A DNA stretch of 64,000 nucleotides from an uncultured virus (IMG/VR IMGVR_UViG_3300020281_001373). Lineage: Duplodnaviria; Heunggongvirae; Uroviricota; Caudoviricetes. Each line of letters starts with the position of its first letter. The stretch's first letter is position 1. This document shows positions 47,782-58,291 of this stretch, piece after piece. Below the pieces are notes generated by a model. The model was not told the DNA's origin, searched no databases, and saw only the letters and a list, made by a program, of their open reading frames with translations. Location of the stretch: IMG/VR virus record IMGVR_UViG_3300020281_001373; one strand, written 5' to 3'. The translations under genes and the position numbers were made by a program.

Positions 47782-48324
47782 ATGCCATCTAATACTATTT
47801 ATCAAAAGTATGCAGACCTTGCTGATAAAGCAGGAGTAAAAAGAAACTCTAAAGCGGCTATTGATTGGTTTCGAAAGAGAATCCGTAAGGATAGACCGAT
47901 CATGTTAGATAAAGCAACTGAAGGTTTGAAGACTAAAGGTATAGAACCGGGTAATCTTTATATTTATGGATATAATCCTAAGTATGCAAAAACCCTTAAG
48001 TATTACGATAACTTTCCTTGTTGTCTAGTTTTAGAAACAACAAAGGACGGTTGGTATGGATTGAACTTACATTATTTACCACCTGCTATGAGAGCAAAAC
48101 TACTAGCAGAAAATAATGTAAAGTCAAATCGTGGTCTTAAAATTGCTCAGGCAATGGGAAGAAGTAGATTTGGTAAGCATGCATTACATAGATATATTGC
48201 TAATCAATTAACTTCAAGACCGAAAGTAGTTCCTCAAAGGGATTGGGAAATAGCAATACAATTACCATTTGAAGGATTTGCTAAAATTAGTAGTACACAA
48301 ATATGGAGGAAAGCGCGTGGCTAG
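47782..48324 (+). CDS. gp2: DNA end protector gp2
   Basis: YNPKY..LKYYD.FP, GLNLHYLPP..R. Confidence 0.88.
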   Translation: MPSNTIYQKYADLADKAGVKRNSKAAIDWFRKRIRKDRPIMLDKATEGLKTKGIEPGNLYIYGYNPKYAKTLKYYDNFPCCLVLETTKDGWYGLNLHYLPPAMRAKLLAENNVKSNRGLKIAQAMGRSRFGKHALHRYIANQLTSRPKVVPQRDWEIAIQLPFEGFAKISSTQIWRKARG

Positions 48325-48478
48325 AACATTTAGAAACTTTGTGGCTCATGAGCCAACAAAAAAATCCACTTCTCAAGGGAAAGGTGGTCGTGGCAGATCA
48401 ACAAAGATTGGCATGTCTACGATGAATAAAAACAAACGTAGATCTTATAAGAAATATAGAGGTCAAGGAAAAAGGTAA
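48317..48478 (+). CDS. small very basic protein (GTG start)
   Basis: KRRSYKKYRGQGK motif. Confidence 0.6.
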   Translation: MARTFRNFVAHEPTKKSTSQGKGGRGRSTKIGMSTMNKNKRRSYKKYRGQGKR

Positions 48479-49170
48479 TGGCATTACAAGAGTTCAGAGC
48501 AAATCTTGGAAGACGTGGATTAGCCAGAAGTAGTAAGTGGTTAGTTCGTGTATTCCCACCTAGAGGTGTGACTGCATCTGGCGGAGCTCTTGGTAGATTA
48601 CTTGGTGGTTCATTTGATATTAACTTACCTATATTAGATGCTTTAGATGAGACTGTTGGTGTTCTCAATGATATTGATATAGGCCTTGGAGGATTAAATG
48701 TAAATTATAATCCTAATATACCAACATTAGGTTTTGCTTTATCTGGTGAGAATGAAGCATTAAGAACTATAAACTTATTTACTTCAGATGTTGAATTACC
48801 TGGTAGAGATGTAAACGAGATTGAAAGAAGAACTGAAGGTGAAATAAGATCTGTGGGTTATCTACATACTCACCAAAATTTGAATATAAGTTATTACTGT
48901 ACAGAAAGTCTGGCAGAAAAAGAATTTTTTGAAACGTGGCAAGATGTTGTCTATAATAAAGAGCGTGTTGCCAGCGGTTATTATGATGACTATACAAGTC
49001 GTATAGAAGTGATTAAATATAATGCAAGTTTCAAGAAAGACGTTGCTAAATATCAATTTAATGAATGTTATCCAACAAACATTGGTGCAATATCATTAGA
49101 TAGTATTGGTGACGGAGTTGTGAAACTGCAAATGCAGTTTAAATTTAGAAACTATGATAGGATAAAATAA
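48478..49170 (+). CDS. gp54: baseplate/tail-tube initiator gp54-like
   Basis: GLAR, LPGR, FFETWQ, GYYDDY, ECYPT.IG; synteny. Confidence 0.75.
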   Translation: MALQEFRANLGRRGLARSSKWLVRVFPPRGVTASGGALGRLLGGSFDINLPILDALDETVGVLNDIDIGLGGLNVNYNPNIPTLGFALSGENEALRTINLFTSDVELPGRDVNEIERRTEGEIRSVGYLHTHQNLNISYYCTESLAEKEFFETWQDVVYNKERVASGYYDDYTSRIEVIKYNASFKKDVAKYQFNECYPTNIGAISLDSIGDGVVKLQMQFKFRNYDRIK

Positions 49171-49877
49171 TGAGCGAAATTAGTCGTATAAAAATATCGA
49201 CTCCTGAATATGATGAAATTTTACCTTCTACACAAGAAGCGATAAAAATCAAACCATTCAGAGTAGCCGATGAAAAAACTCTATTGATCGCATCAGAGAG
49301 TAAAAACAATAAACAAATGGTTAATGCCATGAAAAAGATTGTTAGTAATTCTGTCGTCGATGATATTGATGTTGAGAAGTTCGCCCCACATGATTTTGAG
49401 TATCTGTTCTTAAAGATCAGAGCAAAGTCTGTAGGTGAAGTTTCAAAATTAAAGATACCTTGTTCACAGTGTGAAACAAAGAATGAAGTTGATTTTGATT
49501 TAGAATCAGTTGAAGTACATCAAGACGAGAAGTTCTCAAACGTCTTAACAATAAATGATAGGCTTTCATTCCAAATGAAATACCTTAATTTAGAAGACGT
49601 CATGGCAATGGACCCAGATATAAAACAATCTGAAATGTTTAATGTTATTGCACAAGCAATTGATGTTATTGTTTATGAAGATGAAACAATTAATGTTGGC
49701 AAAGCTGAGAGAAAAGAAGCTCAAGACTTAATTGAGAGTCTTACATCAAAAGACTTTGAGAAGTTTGTTAAATACTTTGAATTGATGCCACATGTAAGAG
49801 GTATAGCAAACTTTACATGTTCTAATTGTGGTCATGTTAATGACCATGAGATAAGAGGAATGCAAAATTTTTTTTAA
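49170..49877 (+). CDS. gp26: baseplate hub assembly protein gp26
   Basis: KPFRVADEKTLL, DFEYLFLKIRAKSVGE, two CxxC, GMQNFF end. Confidence 0.85.
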   Translation: MSEISRIKISTPEYDEILPSTQEAIKIKPFRVADEKTLLIASESKNNKQMVNAMKKIVSNSVVDDIDVEKFAPHDFEYLFLKIRAKSVGEVSKLKIPCSQCETKNEVDFDLESVEVHQDEKFSNVLTINDRLSFQMKYLNLEDVMAMDPDIKQSEMFNVIAQAIDVIVYEDETINVGKAERKEAQDLIESLTSKDFEKFVKYFELMPHVRGIANFTCSNCGHVNDHEIRGMQNFF

Positions 49878-50074
49878 TAACCCTTTCTCACATTACGTTA
49901 GAACATTACTATAAGCTAAACTTCGCGATGAAACAACATCACAAGTGGAGCATTGATGAGATCGAAATGATGATACCTTGGGAAAGGGAAATATATGCTG
50001 GATTACTTCAACGACATTTAGAAGAAGAGCGTGAAAGAAATAAAGCGTACGAAGCTAAAATGAAAAGGAAATAA
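49877..50074 (+). CDS. gp51: gp51-like hub assembly catalyst in the -1 frame, no start codon before the conserved region
   Basis: LSHITLEHYYKLNFAMKQHHKWSIDEIEMMIPWEREIY. Confidence 0.8.
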   Translation: MTLSHITLEHYYKLNFAMKQHHKWSIDEIEMMIPWEREIYAGLLQRHLEEERERNKAYEAKMKRK

Positions 50075-50076
50075 TT

Positions 50077-50877
50077 TTGAAAAATGAATTTAAACATAAC
50101 ATACTTAAAGTCATGGGGATTTTCCAAATCGCTTTGCCTGTCTTTACTATTGCATGGTTTATTCTTTTTGGTATTGACCCTGTCTTACTAATTGGTGGTA
50201 TTGCTTTAGGTTATATTTTCTTTATACTCACAATGGCTGGGTATCACAGAATTCTAGCTCATAAGATAGTACAGACGCCTCAATGGTTTAAAGCTTTATA
50301 TAGTTTTGTTGGCTGTTTATCTTTCTCATCACCACCAATATCATGGGCTTCTACTCATATTCTACACCACATGTTCTCAGACACTGAAAAGGACCCACAT
50401 TCTCCTATCTATTTGGGTCCTATCAAAAGTTCTTTATTTTACTTTCAAACACCATTCGGTGAGATTATGAATAAGCTTACTTTAAGAGAAAAGAAAAGAT
50501 TTCTTGTAGCAATAAAACATTTAGTAAAAGACCCAATGCTTATATTCTTTGAAAAGAATTATTTAGTATTGACACTTATGTATGTAATACTTTTAGCTAT
50601 TATTAGTCCAGCACTAGTGATATATGCTTATTGTATTCCAGTAATTTATAGCCACTTTGGTGCTCTGTTAGTGGTGACTAATCATAATGGTGTATTTGGT
50701 GGAGAGAGTAGTAGCGATAAACATAGAGCATTCAATAAATTTATATTATGGCCACTTGTATATGGTGAACACAATCATTCTGATCATCATGATGCCCCTG
50801 GACGCGCGGATGGATTAAATAATCTATTAAGAAGATTGTTTGGGAAACAAGGTAAATGGCAGACGAAAGAACTATAG
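50077..50877 (+). CDS. membrane fatty-acid desaturase (delta-9-like; TTG start)
   Basis: His boxes YHRILAH, HILHH, EHNHSDHH; DPHSP. Confidence 0.9.
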   Translation: MKNEFKHNILKVMGIFQIALPVFTIAWFILFGIDPVLLIGGIALGYIFFILTMAGYHRILAHKIVQTPQWFKALYSFVGCLSFSSPPISWASTHILHHMFSDTEKDPHSPIYLGPIKSSLFYFQTPFGEIMNKLTLREKKRFLVAIKHLVKDPMLIFFEKNYLVLTLMYVILLAIISPALVIYAYCIPVIYSHFGALLVVTNHNGVFGGESSSDKHRAFNKFILWPLVYGEHNHSDHHDAPGRADGLNNLLRRLFGKQGKWQTKEL

Positions 50878-52571
50878 GTCAAAGAAGAATAGATCAAATA
50901 AAAGCTAAAAATCAGGCTGACGAAATAGCTGCGATCAAGGGCATTCCTAAACTTTTAAATCAAGTCAATAAAAGATTTGCCGAAGATATACTCGGTAAAT
51001 TTATCAAAGAAACAAAATCAGGAAATCTTACTTTAGATAAAGCCGCAATAGAAGCAGACGCGGCAGGTGCTGGAAAAGCAATAAAAGAATTTCAAAAAGA
51101 AGGAGCTATAAAAGCTGAGCTAGAGGATTTATCAGATGATGTAAAAGCAGGTTTCAAAAAATTAGGTGAGGATTCAAAACAATTACAAAAAAGAGATGCT
51201 GAAGGTAATAAGAAGTTCTTACAAAAATTATTTGGAACACCAGGAGATAGAAAACAAGCACAAGCAGAAATGGTAGAATTATTTAAAAGCCTACCAGGAA
51301 AAATTACTAATAAACTTGGTGATGTTCTAAAAGGTGCATTTGCTTCTCTTAAAGATGGTATAGGAACTTTCTTTGATATTATAAAAACTGGTCTATTACT
51401 AATTGGTGGTATTGCAGCTTTAGAAAAATTTTCTGAAGGTTGGGAAAAAGCTACACAATGGATGGGTGCAAACGCAGGTTTTGGTGATAAACTTGCTGCA
51501 GGTTTTGCAAATATAGTTGGTTCATTTACGAACATGACCGAAGCTGAGACACAAGAACTTGCATTAAAAATGGCTGCTCTTTTTGAAAAAATAGGAAATG
51601 TATTCGGGAGAATTATCACGGCATTTACTAATATTCTTGGATTTGGTGTTGATGAAGATTCAAGAACTCTTGGTGATAAGATTAAAGATTGGAGTATAGC
51701 TATTGGAACATCATTATTATTGTTCACAAATATAGCTTCTACAATGGCAACAAAAGTTTTAGTTGCATTAGGTAGTTTATTCAAGCAAGTAGTTGTATTT
51801 CTTTTTGGAATAATATTTGGAAAGAATAGTTTATTGAGAACAAACGCTATACTTGGTGGTAGTAAAATGATGGCTGCACTAAAAGCTCTAAGAGTTGCAT
51901 CACTTGCATTTTTAACTGTGACAATCCCAGCCATGGCAGCTACAGTCGGTGGTTTAGTGATGGCAGTAGGTACATTCTTACTTACAAATCCTATTGGTTG
52001 GATAATATTAGCATTGATCGCGGTTGGAACCGCACTCTATGTTTTCTGGGACGATATCAAGGCTATGTTCACGGCAGTACAAGATGCTGGTGGTATTTTC
52101 ATCTATATGAGATTAGCATGGGCAAAAGTGACAGATGGATTTGGAAGGTTTGTAAATGGGTTAATTGATTTTTATAATTACATGGTAGATAAAGTAAACT
52201 ATGTTCTACCTGGACCATTTGAACTAAGTAAAATATCTAGCTCTAAAAGATTTACTACAGATAATGCTAGCAGAATAAGAGCTGAAATGCAAGCAAATCG
52301 TGAAGAAGCAGAACAGACAAGAAATTTAGAAGCTGCAACTCAGGAAAGACAAAACAATGTACCTGGTGGTGGTATGGAAGATTTAACTGCACAAATGGCA
52401 GACTTTGAGGCACAAATGCAGGGATTCAATTTGGAGAATATGGGTACTGGTAATATGGAATTAGCAATGCCAGTAATTAATAATCAGAGTCAGACAACTA
52501 ACATAACACAGAGTGTGTTAAAAACAAGACCTGGTTATACATTAGATTTTAATGGTGCTTATAGCTACTAA
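50856..52571 (+). CDS. putative tape measure protein (gp29 position)
   Basis: 571 aa, helical Ala/Gly-rich with hydrophobic block NPIGWIILA; synteny. Confidence 0.7.
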   Translation: MADERTIGQRRIDQIKAKNQADEIAAIKGIPKLLNQVNKRFAEDILGKFIKETKSGNLTLDKAAIEADAAGAGKAIKEFQKEGAIKAELEDLSDDVKAGFKKLGEDSKQLQKRDAEGNKKFLQKLFGTPGDRKQAQAEMVELFKSLPGKITNKLGDVLKGAFASLKDGIGTFFDIIKTGLLLIGGIAALEKFSEGWEKATQWMGANAGFGDKLAAGFANIVGSFTNMTEAETQELALKMAALFEKIGNVFGRIITAFTNILGFGVDEDSRTLGDKIKDWSIAIGTSLLLFTNIASTMATKVLVALGSLFKQVVVFLFGIIFGKNSLLRTNAILGGSKMMAALKALRVASLAFLTVTIPAMAATVGGLVMAVGTFLLTNPIGWIILALIAVGTALYVFWDDIKAMFTAVQDAGGIFIYMRLAWAKVTDGFGRFVNGLIDFYNYMVDKVNYVLPGPFELSKISSSKRFTTDNASRIRAEMQANREEAEQTRNLEAATQERQNNVPGGGMEDLTAQMADFEAQMQGFNLENMGTGNMELAMPVINNQSQTTNITQSVLKTRPGYTLDFNGAYSY

Positions 52572-53110
52572 GATCTTCTCTTTGGTCGAGTATATTTTCG
52601 TACAGTCTTATTACCAGCAGATTTAGATAATCTTTTCTCAGCAAGTAAAACACTCTTAGGAACTTCCCAAGATAGTATTCCCATTTTTTGTAATTCTACT
52701 TCAGTCCAAATTTCAAACTTTAAACCATTCTTCATGCAAGCATTGTTGGCGTTCTTCCATTTTTCTGAGTTGATTGCAAACCTAGCGGTCTCTTCAATCC
52801 ACTTTTTAGACTTTCTCTTAGGTGATACGGGTGCTACAGTTTCTTTTTTTGGCTTTACTTCAATTACCTTTGTAGTACCATCTCTGAATTTTATATAGAA
52901 ATCTGGATAATATCTAGCTCTTTTACCTGTGACAGGGTGTTGATATGGTATAGCTATCTCTTCACTAGCCCATTCAAGAACATCAATATTCTCATCACAC
53001 CACTTCATAACGTTTCTTTCCCATAAAGATCTATATAAAATCTTCTTAGGATCACCGGCATATTTGTCTGGATTATCTAGTGATGTAAATTTTCCTCTGT
53101 ACGTTGCCAT
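52568..53110 (-). CDS. gp4: head completion nuclease gp4
   Basis: YRSLWE, WASEE, YYPDF, IEVKP, N.EKW. Confidence 0.9.
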   Translation of the reverse strand: MATYRGKFTSLDNPDKYAGDPKKILYRSLWERNVMKWCDENIDVLEWASEEIAIPYQHPVTGKRARYYPDFYIKFRDGTTKVIEVKPKKETVAPVSPKRKSKKWIEETARFAINSEKWKNANNACMKNGLKFEIWTEVELQKMGILSWEVPKSVLLAEKRLSKSAGNKTVRKYTRPKRRS

Positions 53111-53148
53111 AATAAATATCTATATTAGTAATTACTAGGATATTTATT
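53111..53148. promoter_or_regulatory. divergent pair of late promoter variants (AATAAATA on each strand)
   Basis: + 53111-53118 before gp48; - 53141-53148 before gp4. Confidence 0.6.
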
Positions 53149-53150
53149 AC

Positions 53151-54251
53151 ATGCCAAAAGATTTTTACAGCCTAAGATACCCAGAAGATCTTGGAACGGA
53201 TGCTTCACCTAATTATGTGACATTCTCGCCAATGGATATGAAATATGCACCAACTGAATATGGTAATCCAGTCGATCGCGGCAGTGGTGGTCTATTTGGT
53301 GGTGGAGGCGGTGGTGGTCTTGACATAGACTTAGGTGCTGGTAATCCATTTTCACAACTAGCAAATGCCGTTGGTGGTCAACTAACTAGTCTTGCAGATG
53401 CAGCGCTAGATTCAATTGATGCTATCGGTAGTATATTTGAATCTGGTTCCTTATCAAGTGCAGCAACAGCATTTGGTAAGATAGTAAATGGTAAGGTACG
53501 TATTGGAGATTTTATAGTTTCATCTGGAATTAAGACAGATGCACCACAACTAAATACATTAGGTTCTATATCTTTATATCTACCACAACAACTTACATCT
53601 AATACAAGTGCTAACTATGAGAATAAAGAATTAGGTGCCGTAGGTCAAGTTGCACTTGAAGGTTCTATATCAGATCAATCAGGTGTTGGTAATTTTGCAA
53701 AAGCACTTATTGGTGAAACAGTAAAAAGAAGCGGTCAGTTAGGAGATATATTAGCTATACAACAAGGTGCAATTGTAAATCCATATTCATATCAGGTATT
53801 TGGTGGAATGCAACACAGACAATTCTCATATACATTTGACTTTGTACCTAAAAATAAAAAAGAAGCACAAGAAGTTGCTAATATATGTGATATGTTTTTA
53901 TTTCATATGCTTCCAGCAAGAGGTATGCCTGGAAAAGAACAAGATGATAAGGTTGCAACTGCTGAATCTTTCCAAGAAGTTGAAGGTGAAGATAATCTTT
54001 CAGCAACAGGAGAACTTTTAGAGAGCAAACATTTCTTAAAAATGCCATGTCAGTGGGATATTACATATTACAGAAATGGTAATAGATTATCAAACTACAT
54101 ACAAGAACCTAATAGATGTTTTTTAGATTCATGTAATATTACTTATGGTGGAGATTCACAAAATCTTTTACATACTGATGGTGCACCAGTAAAAACTACT
54201 ATGGAACTAAGTTTTACTGAGATAGAACCATTAGTTCAGGGTGCAACATAA
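53151..54251 (+). CDS. gp48: baseplate tail-tube cap gp48
   Basis: LRYP, LYLP, NP..FGG..RQFSYTFDFVPKN..EA, LSFTEIE. Confidence 0.85.
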   Translation: MPKDFYSLRYPEDLGTDASPNYVTFSPMDMKYAPTEYGNPVDRGSGGLFGGGGGGGLDIDLGAGNPFSQLANAVGGQLTSLADAALDSIDAIGSIFESGSLSSAATAFGKIVNGKVRIGDFIVSSGIKTDAPQLNTLGSISLYLPQQLTSNTSANYENKELGAVGQVALEGSISDQSGVGNFAKALIGETVKRSGQLGDILAIQQGAIVNPYSYQVFGGMQHRQFSYTFDFVPKNKKEAQEVANICDMFLFHMLPARGMPGKEQDDKVATAESFQEVEGEDNLSATGELLESKHFLKMPCQWDITYYRNGNRLSNYIQEPNRCFLDSCNITYGGDSQNLLHTDGAPVKTTMELSFTEIEPLVQGAT

Positions 54252-54907
54252 TGTCATACTTTCAAAACTTTCAAAGATTAGTATATCAATTTCCTGATGA
54301 TATAAAAAGAGTTATTACTGATCTATCAATCAGACCTAAATTCAGGGATAATGTTTTAGAGAATGCTAATAATTTTGAATTCTATAATTGTAATGATGGA
54401 GATACACCAGAGATTATTGCTTATGAACAATATGGTGATTCTAATATGCATTGGGCAATATTAATTGCAAACAATGTTATGAGTATCTATAATGATTGGG
54501 TGAAAGATCAGGCTCAATTTAAAGAATTTTTATTTCAAAAATATAAAACACAAACTGATAGTGATGGAGCTACAGTCACTTTAACAAGAACTGGAGTCAC
54601 AGAGTTTACACAATTTGTTGGTACATCTTCAAATGATTTTTCTAGCTATGTGACTGGTACAACTGTAAGAACTAGACCATCTCATTTTGAGGATACAAAT
54701 AAAGTTTATTACTCTTATGATAGTATTGTAAATAATGGTTCTGGTAAAGATGCATTTGGAAATGGAATATCCTATCCAACTGTATCTCCAGTATCGATAG
54801 AAACTGTAGAAGATAGATTGAATGAAGAAAAAAGAACTATCATTATTCCTACAGAAGAAGTAGTCGAGAAAATGCGTAAAGAAATCAAAGAGTATGTAAA
54901 TGGATAA
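54251..54907 (+). CDS. gp53: baseplate wedge gp53
   Basis: MSYFQNF, GDTPEIIA..YGD..HWAILIAN, NEEKR.I. Confidence 0.88.
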   Translation: MSYFQNFQRLVYQFPDDIKRVITDLSIRPKFRDNVLENANNFEFYNCNDGDTPEIIAYEQYGDSNMHWAILIANNVMSIYNDWVKDQAQFKEFLFQKYKTQTDSDGATVTLTRTGVTEFTQFVGTSSNDFSSYVTGTTVRTRPSHFEDTNKVYYSYDSIVNNGSGKDAFGNGISYPTVSPVSIETVEDRLNEEKRTIIIPTEEVVEKMRKEIKEYVNG

Positions 54908-56087
54908 TCACTCAGGAAAGTCAGGAAATTTTCCAGGAAAATGGGAACTTAAAAAAGCTGAAGTAATCAGAGGCGCAGATAGTCTAGAGATTACAAAACT
55001 TGTCTCAGAGTTCAATGTATATGCATCAATAATAGACCCAACAATAGTTGGTGAATTATTAGTTATTGATGGTAGAAATGTATTATCTGGTCTACCTGTT
55101 CAAGGTGGAGATCTTGTAAAACTATCAATAGACATTACTGGTGAAATCAGAGAATATACTTTGAGAATTGCACAGATTAAAAATATTAGTGATTTAGAAA
55201 CTCAGAGAATGTATATTATACAGTGTGTATCAAATCTATTCTTTGAAAGCTTTCATCATAAATTATCGCAATCTTTTGAAGGTCCACTAAATGATATAGC
55301 ATTTAAGATATATGAAAAATATACAGATGAACCATTTGGAATTTTTGAAGCTTCTAAGGGTAGTGAAACAATAATAATACCAAATTGGAATCCAATTAAA
55401 GCATTAACCTGGTTAGCCGCTAGAGCTGAATCGCTCGAACAACAAGTAAGATTTAGATTCTTTCAAGATACAAAAGGTTTTTATAACTTTATGCCTATAG
55501 AAAAAGCACTTACTAATTATAAAGATAATCCACCATTTGAATTTGTTTATCGTGGAAATGCAAGCGGTGATAAAGATTTTTTTGCTATAAAGAATCTTGT
55601 TTTTAATCCAGCATCTTATGATTTAGGTAAAGCTTTGAGAGAGGGATATTTAAAAGGCAGAGCATTTGATATTAATATCTCGAAAAAAACTTTAGGTATC
55701 GTTGATTATGATTACTTTAAAGAATTTGATAAGAAAGATTACCTTAACGACTATCCAAGTTATTATAAACAAGATTTTGGTGTTGGTAAAATTAAAATGG
55801 ATTTAAGTACCGCTGGTAGTAAGAAAACAAACGTATCAGATTTAAAAAGAACTTCAGTCACAGATTATAATCAGATGGTACAAATTACTATATTTGGAAA
55901 CTCAGAAATTGATGTTGGTCAAGTTGTAGAACTAGATATTCCAAATCCAGACCCAGGTAATAATAAAGAACAAGATAAACTGTGGGCTGGTAAATATTAT
56001 GTAATAGGCAAAAGAGATCTTTATACAGGTGACAACTGTTCAATGGTTCTTGATTGTGCAAAAGAAAGTATGGGTATAGAGTTATGA
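54900..56087 (+). CDS. baseplate hub protein (gp27-like)
   Basis: synteny between gp53 and gp5; IIPNW.P, G.Y.V pattern. Confidence 0.65.
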   Translation: MDNHSGKSGNFPGKWELKKAEVIRGADSLEITKLVSEFNVYASIIDPTIVGELLVIDGRNVLSGLPVQGGDLVKLSIDITGEIREYTLRIAQIKNISDLETQRMYIIQCVSNLFFESFHHKLSQSFEGPLNDIAFKIYEKYTDEPFGIFEASKGSETIIIPNWNPIKALTWLAARAESLEQQVRFRFFQDTKGFYNFMPIEKALTNYKDNPPFEFVYRGNASGDKDFFAIKNLVFNPASYDLGKALREGYLKGRAFDINISKKTLGIVDYDYFKEFDKKDYLNDYPSYYKQDFGVGKIKMDLSTAGSKKTNVSDLKRTSVTDYNQMVQITIFGNSEIDVGQVVELDIPNPDPGNNKEQDKLWAGKYYVIGKRDLYTGDNCSMVLDCAKESMGIEL

Positions 56088-57361
56088 TGTTAGATGGAAA
56101 AATGTATTGGTTTACTGGTGTCGTTGAAGATAGAAATGACCCGATGTCTATGGGTAGAGTAAAAGTAAGAGTACATGGTATACACACAGATGATAAAGCC
56201 TTAATTCCTACAGAAGATCTACCATGGTCTCATGTAATGACACCTATAACATCTTCTTCTCTTGGTGGTATAGGTACATCAGCAACTGGTATACAAGAAG
56301 GTTCTTGGGTCATAGGTTATTTTTATGATGGTGCAGATATGCAAGAGAATATTATTCTTGGTACACTACCATCCAGACCATATAAACCTAATCCTGAACT
56401 TGGATTTTACGATCCTACAGGTATCAATCCAATAAGAAATACTGGTGTAGACACACCATTCTCTGCTACGGATGAATTTGATAATCATGTTTCATATATA
56501 ACGAAGGTTGATTTAAGACAAGATAAAGTAGAGACGGCTATTCCACCATTTTTAAAAACAGTAAGTATAGATGAAGAAGACGATCCTAAATTTGAAAGAA
56601 AAACATGGAATAGTCCAAAAGTACAAAGAGATAAGGAGCCAATATATCCATTTAATAAAGTGACTGAAACAGAACGAGGTCACGTATTTGAAGTAGATGA
56701 TACACCAACAAATGAAAGAATATCCATGTTTCATAGAACTGGTACAAACTTTGAAATTCAAGATAATGGTGATATGACATCCACAGTGGTGGGTGATAAC
56801 TATACGGTGATATTTGGTAGTGATAGAATATATGTAAAAGGTAATGTAGATATTACAATTGATGGAGATGTAAGAGAACTAATTAAAGGTAATTATCATT
56901 TAGAAGTAGAGAAAGATTATACAGTAAATGTAAAAGGTTCTCGTAATACTGCAATAGGTAATAATGAATTAATTGAAATTGGTCAGGCATACTCAGCTAA
57001 TATCACAAATGACTATACAACAAGAATTGGTGGTCATGAAATAAGAATTGTAGACAAATCAAGAAACACAACAATCGGTGATTCAGAAGATTTAACAGTC
57101 ACAACAAATATGAATGAGATAGTTTCTGGTAAGAGAGATATGTTTACTAAACTAGGTCATACTCATATAGTCACCGATAAATTAAATATATCAGCATTGG
57201 ATGATATTACGATTGGTACAAAAGCCAATCATATTGAAACAATTAAAGGTAATAGAACAGAAAACATAACAGGCGACGTAAGCGAAACAGTAGGTGGAAA
57301 TGTCACCGAAGCTATTACCGGAAACTTGGATATTGATGCCGCCAGAATTGATTTGAACTAA
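56084..57361 (+). CDS. gp5: baseplate central spike gp5 (OB-fold + beta-helix, no lysozyme domain)
   Basis: WFTGVVEDRNDP..GRVKVR, DLPW, YPFNKV, GHVFEVDDTP, VxG repeats, IDLN end. Confidence 0.92.
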   Translation: MMLDGKMYWFTGVVEDRNDPMSMGRVKVRVHGIHTDDKALIPTEDLPWSHVMTPITSSSLGGIGTSATGIQEGSWVIGYFYDGADMQENIILGTLPSRPYKPNPELGFYDPTGINPIRNTGVDTPFSATDEFDNHVSYITKVDLRQDKVETAIPPFLKTVSIDEEDDPKFERKTWNSPKVQRDKEPIYPFNKVTETERGHVFEVDDTPTNERISMFHRTGTNFEIQDNGDMTSTVVGDNYTVIFGSDRIYVKGNVDITIDGDVRELIKGNYHLEVEKDYTVNVKGSRNTAIGNNELIEIGQAYSANITNDYTTRIGGHEIRIVDKSRNTTIGDSEDLTVTTNMNEIVSGKRDMFTKLGHTHIVTDKLNISALDDITIGTKANHIETIKGNRTENITGDVSETVGGNVTEAITGNLDIDAARIDLN

Positions 57362-57747
57362 TGAATGAACTTTTAAACTCAGAGTTATTAAGTGTTTGGA
57401 ACTTGCTCGGTCCATGGGCTGCTATTATAGGTTCTATAATTGTTGGTATGTGGATAAGAGATTGGTCTACAGGATTTGCAAAAGGTGCTCGATTCAGAAT
57501 GAGTAAATCTTTTAATGAAGGTGATAAGGTAATATTAGATGGTTGTCCAGCACTTATCATTAAGATTGGATTTACTGAATCGGTATTTGGTGTATACAAT
57601 AAAGATGGATATACATGGAGATATGTACAGAACGAGAGAATACCATTTCTTAAATTAGAAAAGATAGTAGATAAAGATTTACTTCACAAGAAAAATGGTA
57701 TAAGATTAGCAGAACTTGAGGCTGGAAAAAGTGGCAAAGAAAAATAA
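57361..57747 (+). CDS. small membrane protein with MscS-like beta domain
   Basis: TM + FNEGDKVILDG..IIKIG..VQNERI. Confidence 0.55.
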   Translation: MNELLNSELLSVWNLLGPWAAIIGSIIVGMWIRDWSTGFAKGARFRMSKSFNEGDKVILDGCPALIIKIGFTESVFGVYNKDGYTWRYVQNERIPFLKLEKIVDKDLLHKKNGIRLAELEAGKSGKEK

Positions 57748-58291
57748 GATTCTACCAAAATTAGCTGTAGCATATATTGATATGCCTGAACCAGAAAAAA
57801 TTACTGAGGATAGTGTATTATATGTTATGGATGAGATTGAAACCAGAACACCTTTTTGGGAAGCATCTGTAGCGGCACATGATGAGAATCCATCTTATGC
57901 AGTAGAACAATTTTGTGAAGAACATGGTTTGAAGTTTCCATCTGAAAAGGTAAAACTTCTAGAAGATGAATCAATAGATACTATTAAGTTCTTTAAGAGA
58001 AAGTTTTCAAAGGATAGACCTTATGAAGCCGCTAGAAAAATGGGATTACCAGAACTAGATAGATTACCTAGTAAGACAAATAAAACAAGGTCATATCCTA
58101 GCGGTCATTCAACTCAAGGATATCTATCAGGTTTATATGTTGCTGGTCTATATCCAGATTATGCAGATGGTTTAATAACCGCAGGTTTAGAATGTGGTAT
58201 TGGTAGAATTAAGGCTGGCTTTCATTATTTGAATGACCATCATGGTGGTATACATTTAGCAGAACAGTTGTATAGGTTAATAAAGAAATGA
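57731..58291 (+). CDS. PAP2-family phosphatase
   Basis: K..F...RP, SYPSGH, R..AGFHY..D. Confidence 0.85.
   Translation: MAKKNKILPKLAVAYIDMPEPEKITEDSVLYVMDEIETRTPFWEASVAAHDENPSYAVEQFCEEHGLKFPSEKVKLLEDESIDTIKFFKRKFSKDRPYEAARKMGLPELDRLPSKTNKTRSYPSGHSTQGYLSGLYVAGLYPDYADGLITAGLECGIGRIKAGFHYLNDHHGGIHLAEQLYRLIKK

Noticed and set aside
51092..51934. 280-aa antisense ORF, and the other short antisense or overlapping ORFs in the track
   Set aside because: Shadow frames of well-supported genes, with no recognisable motifs.
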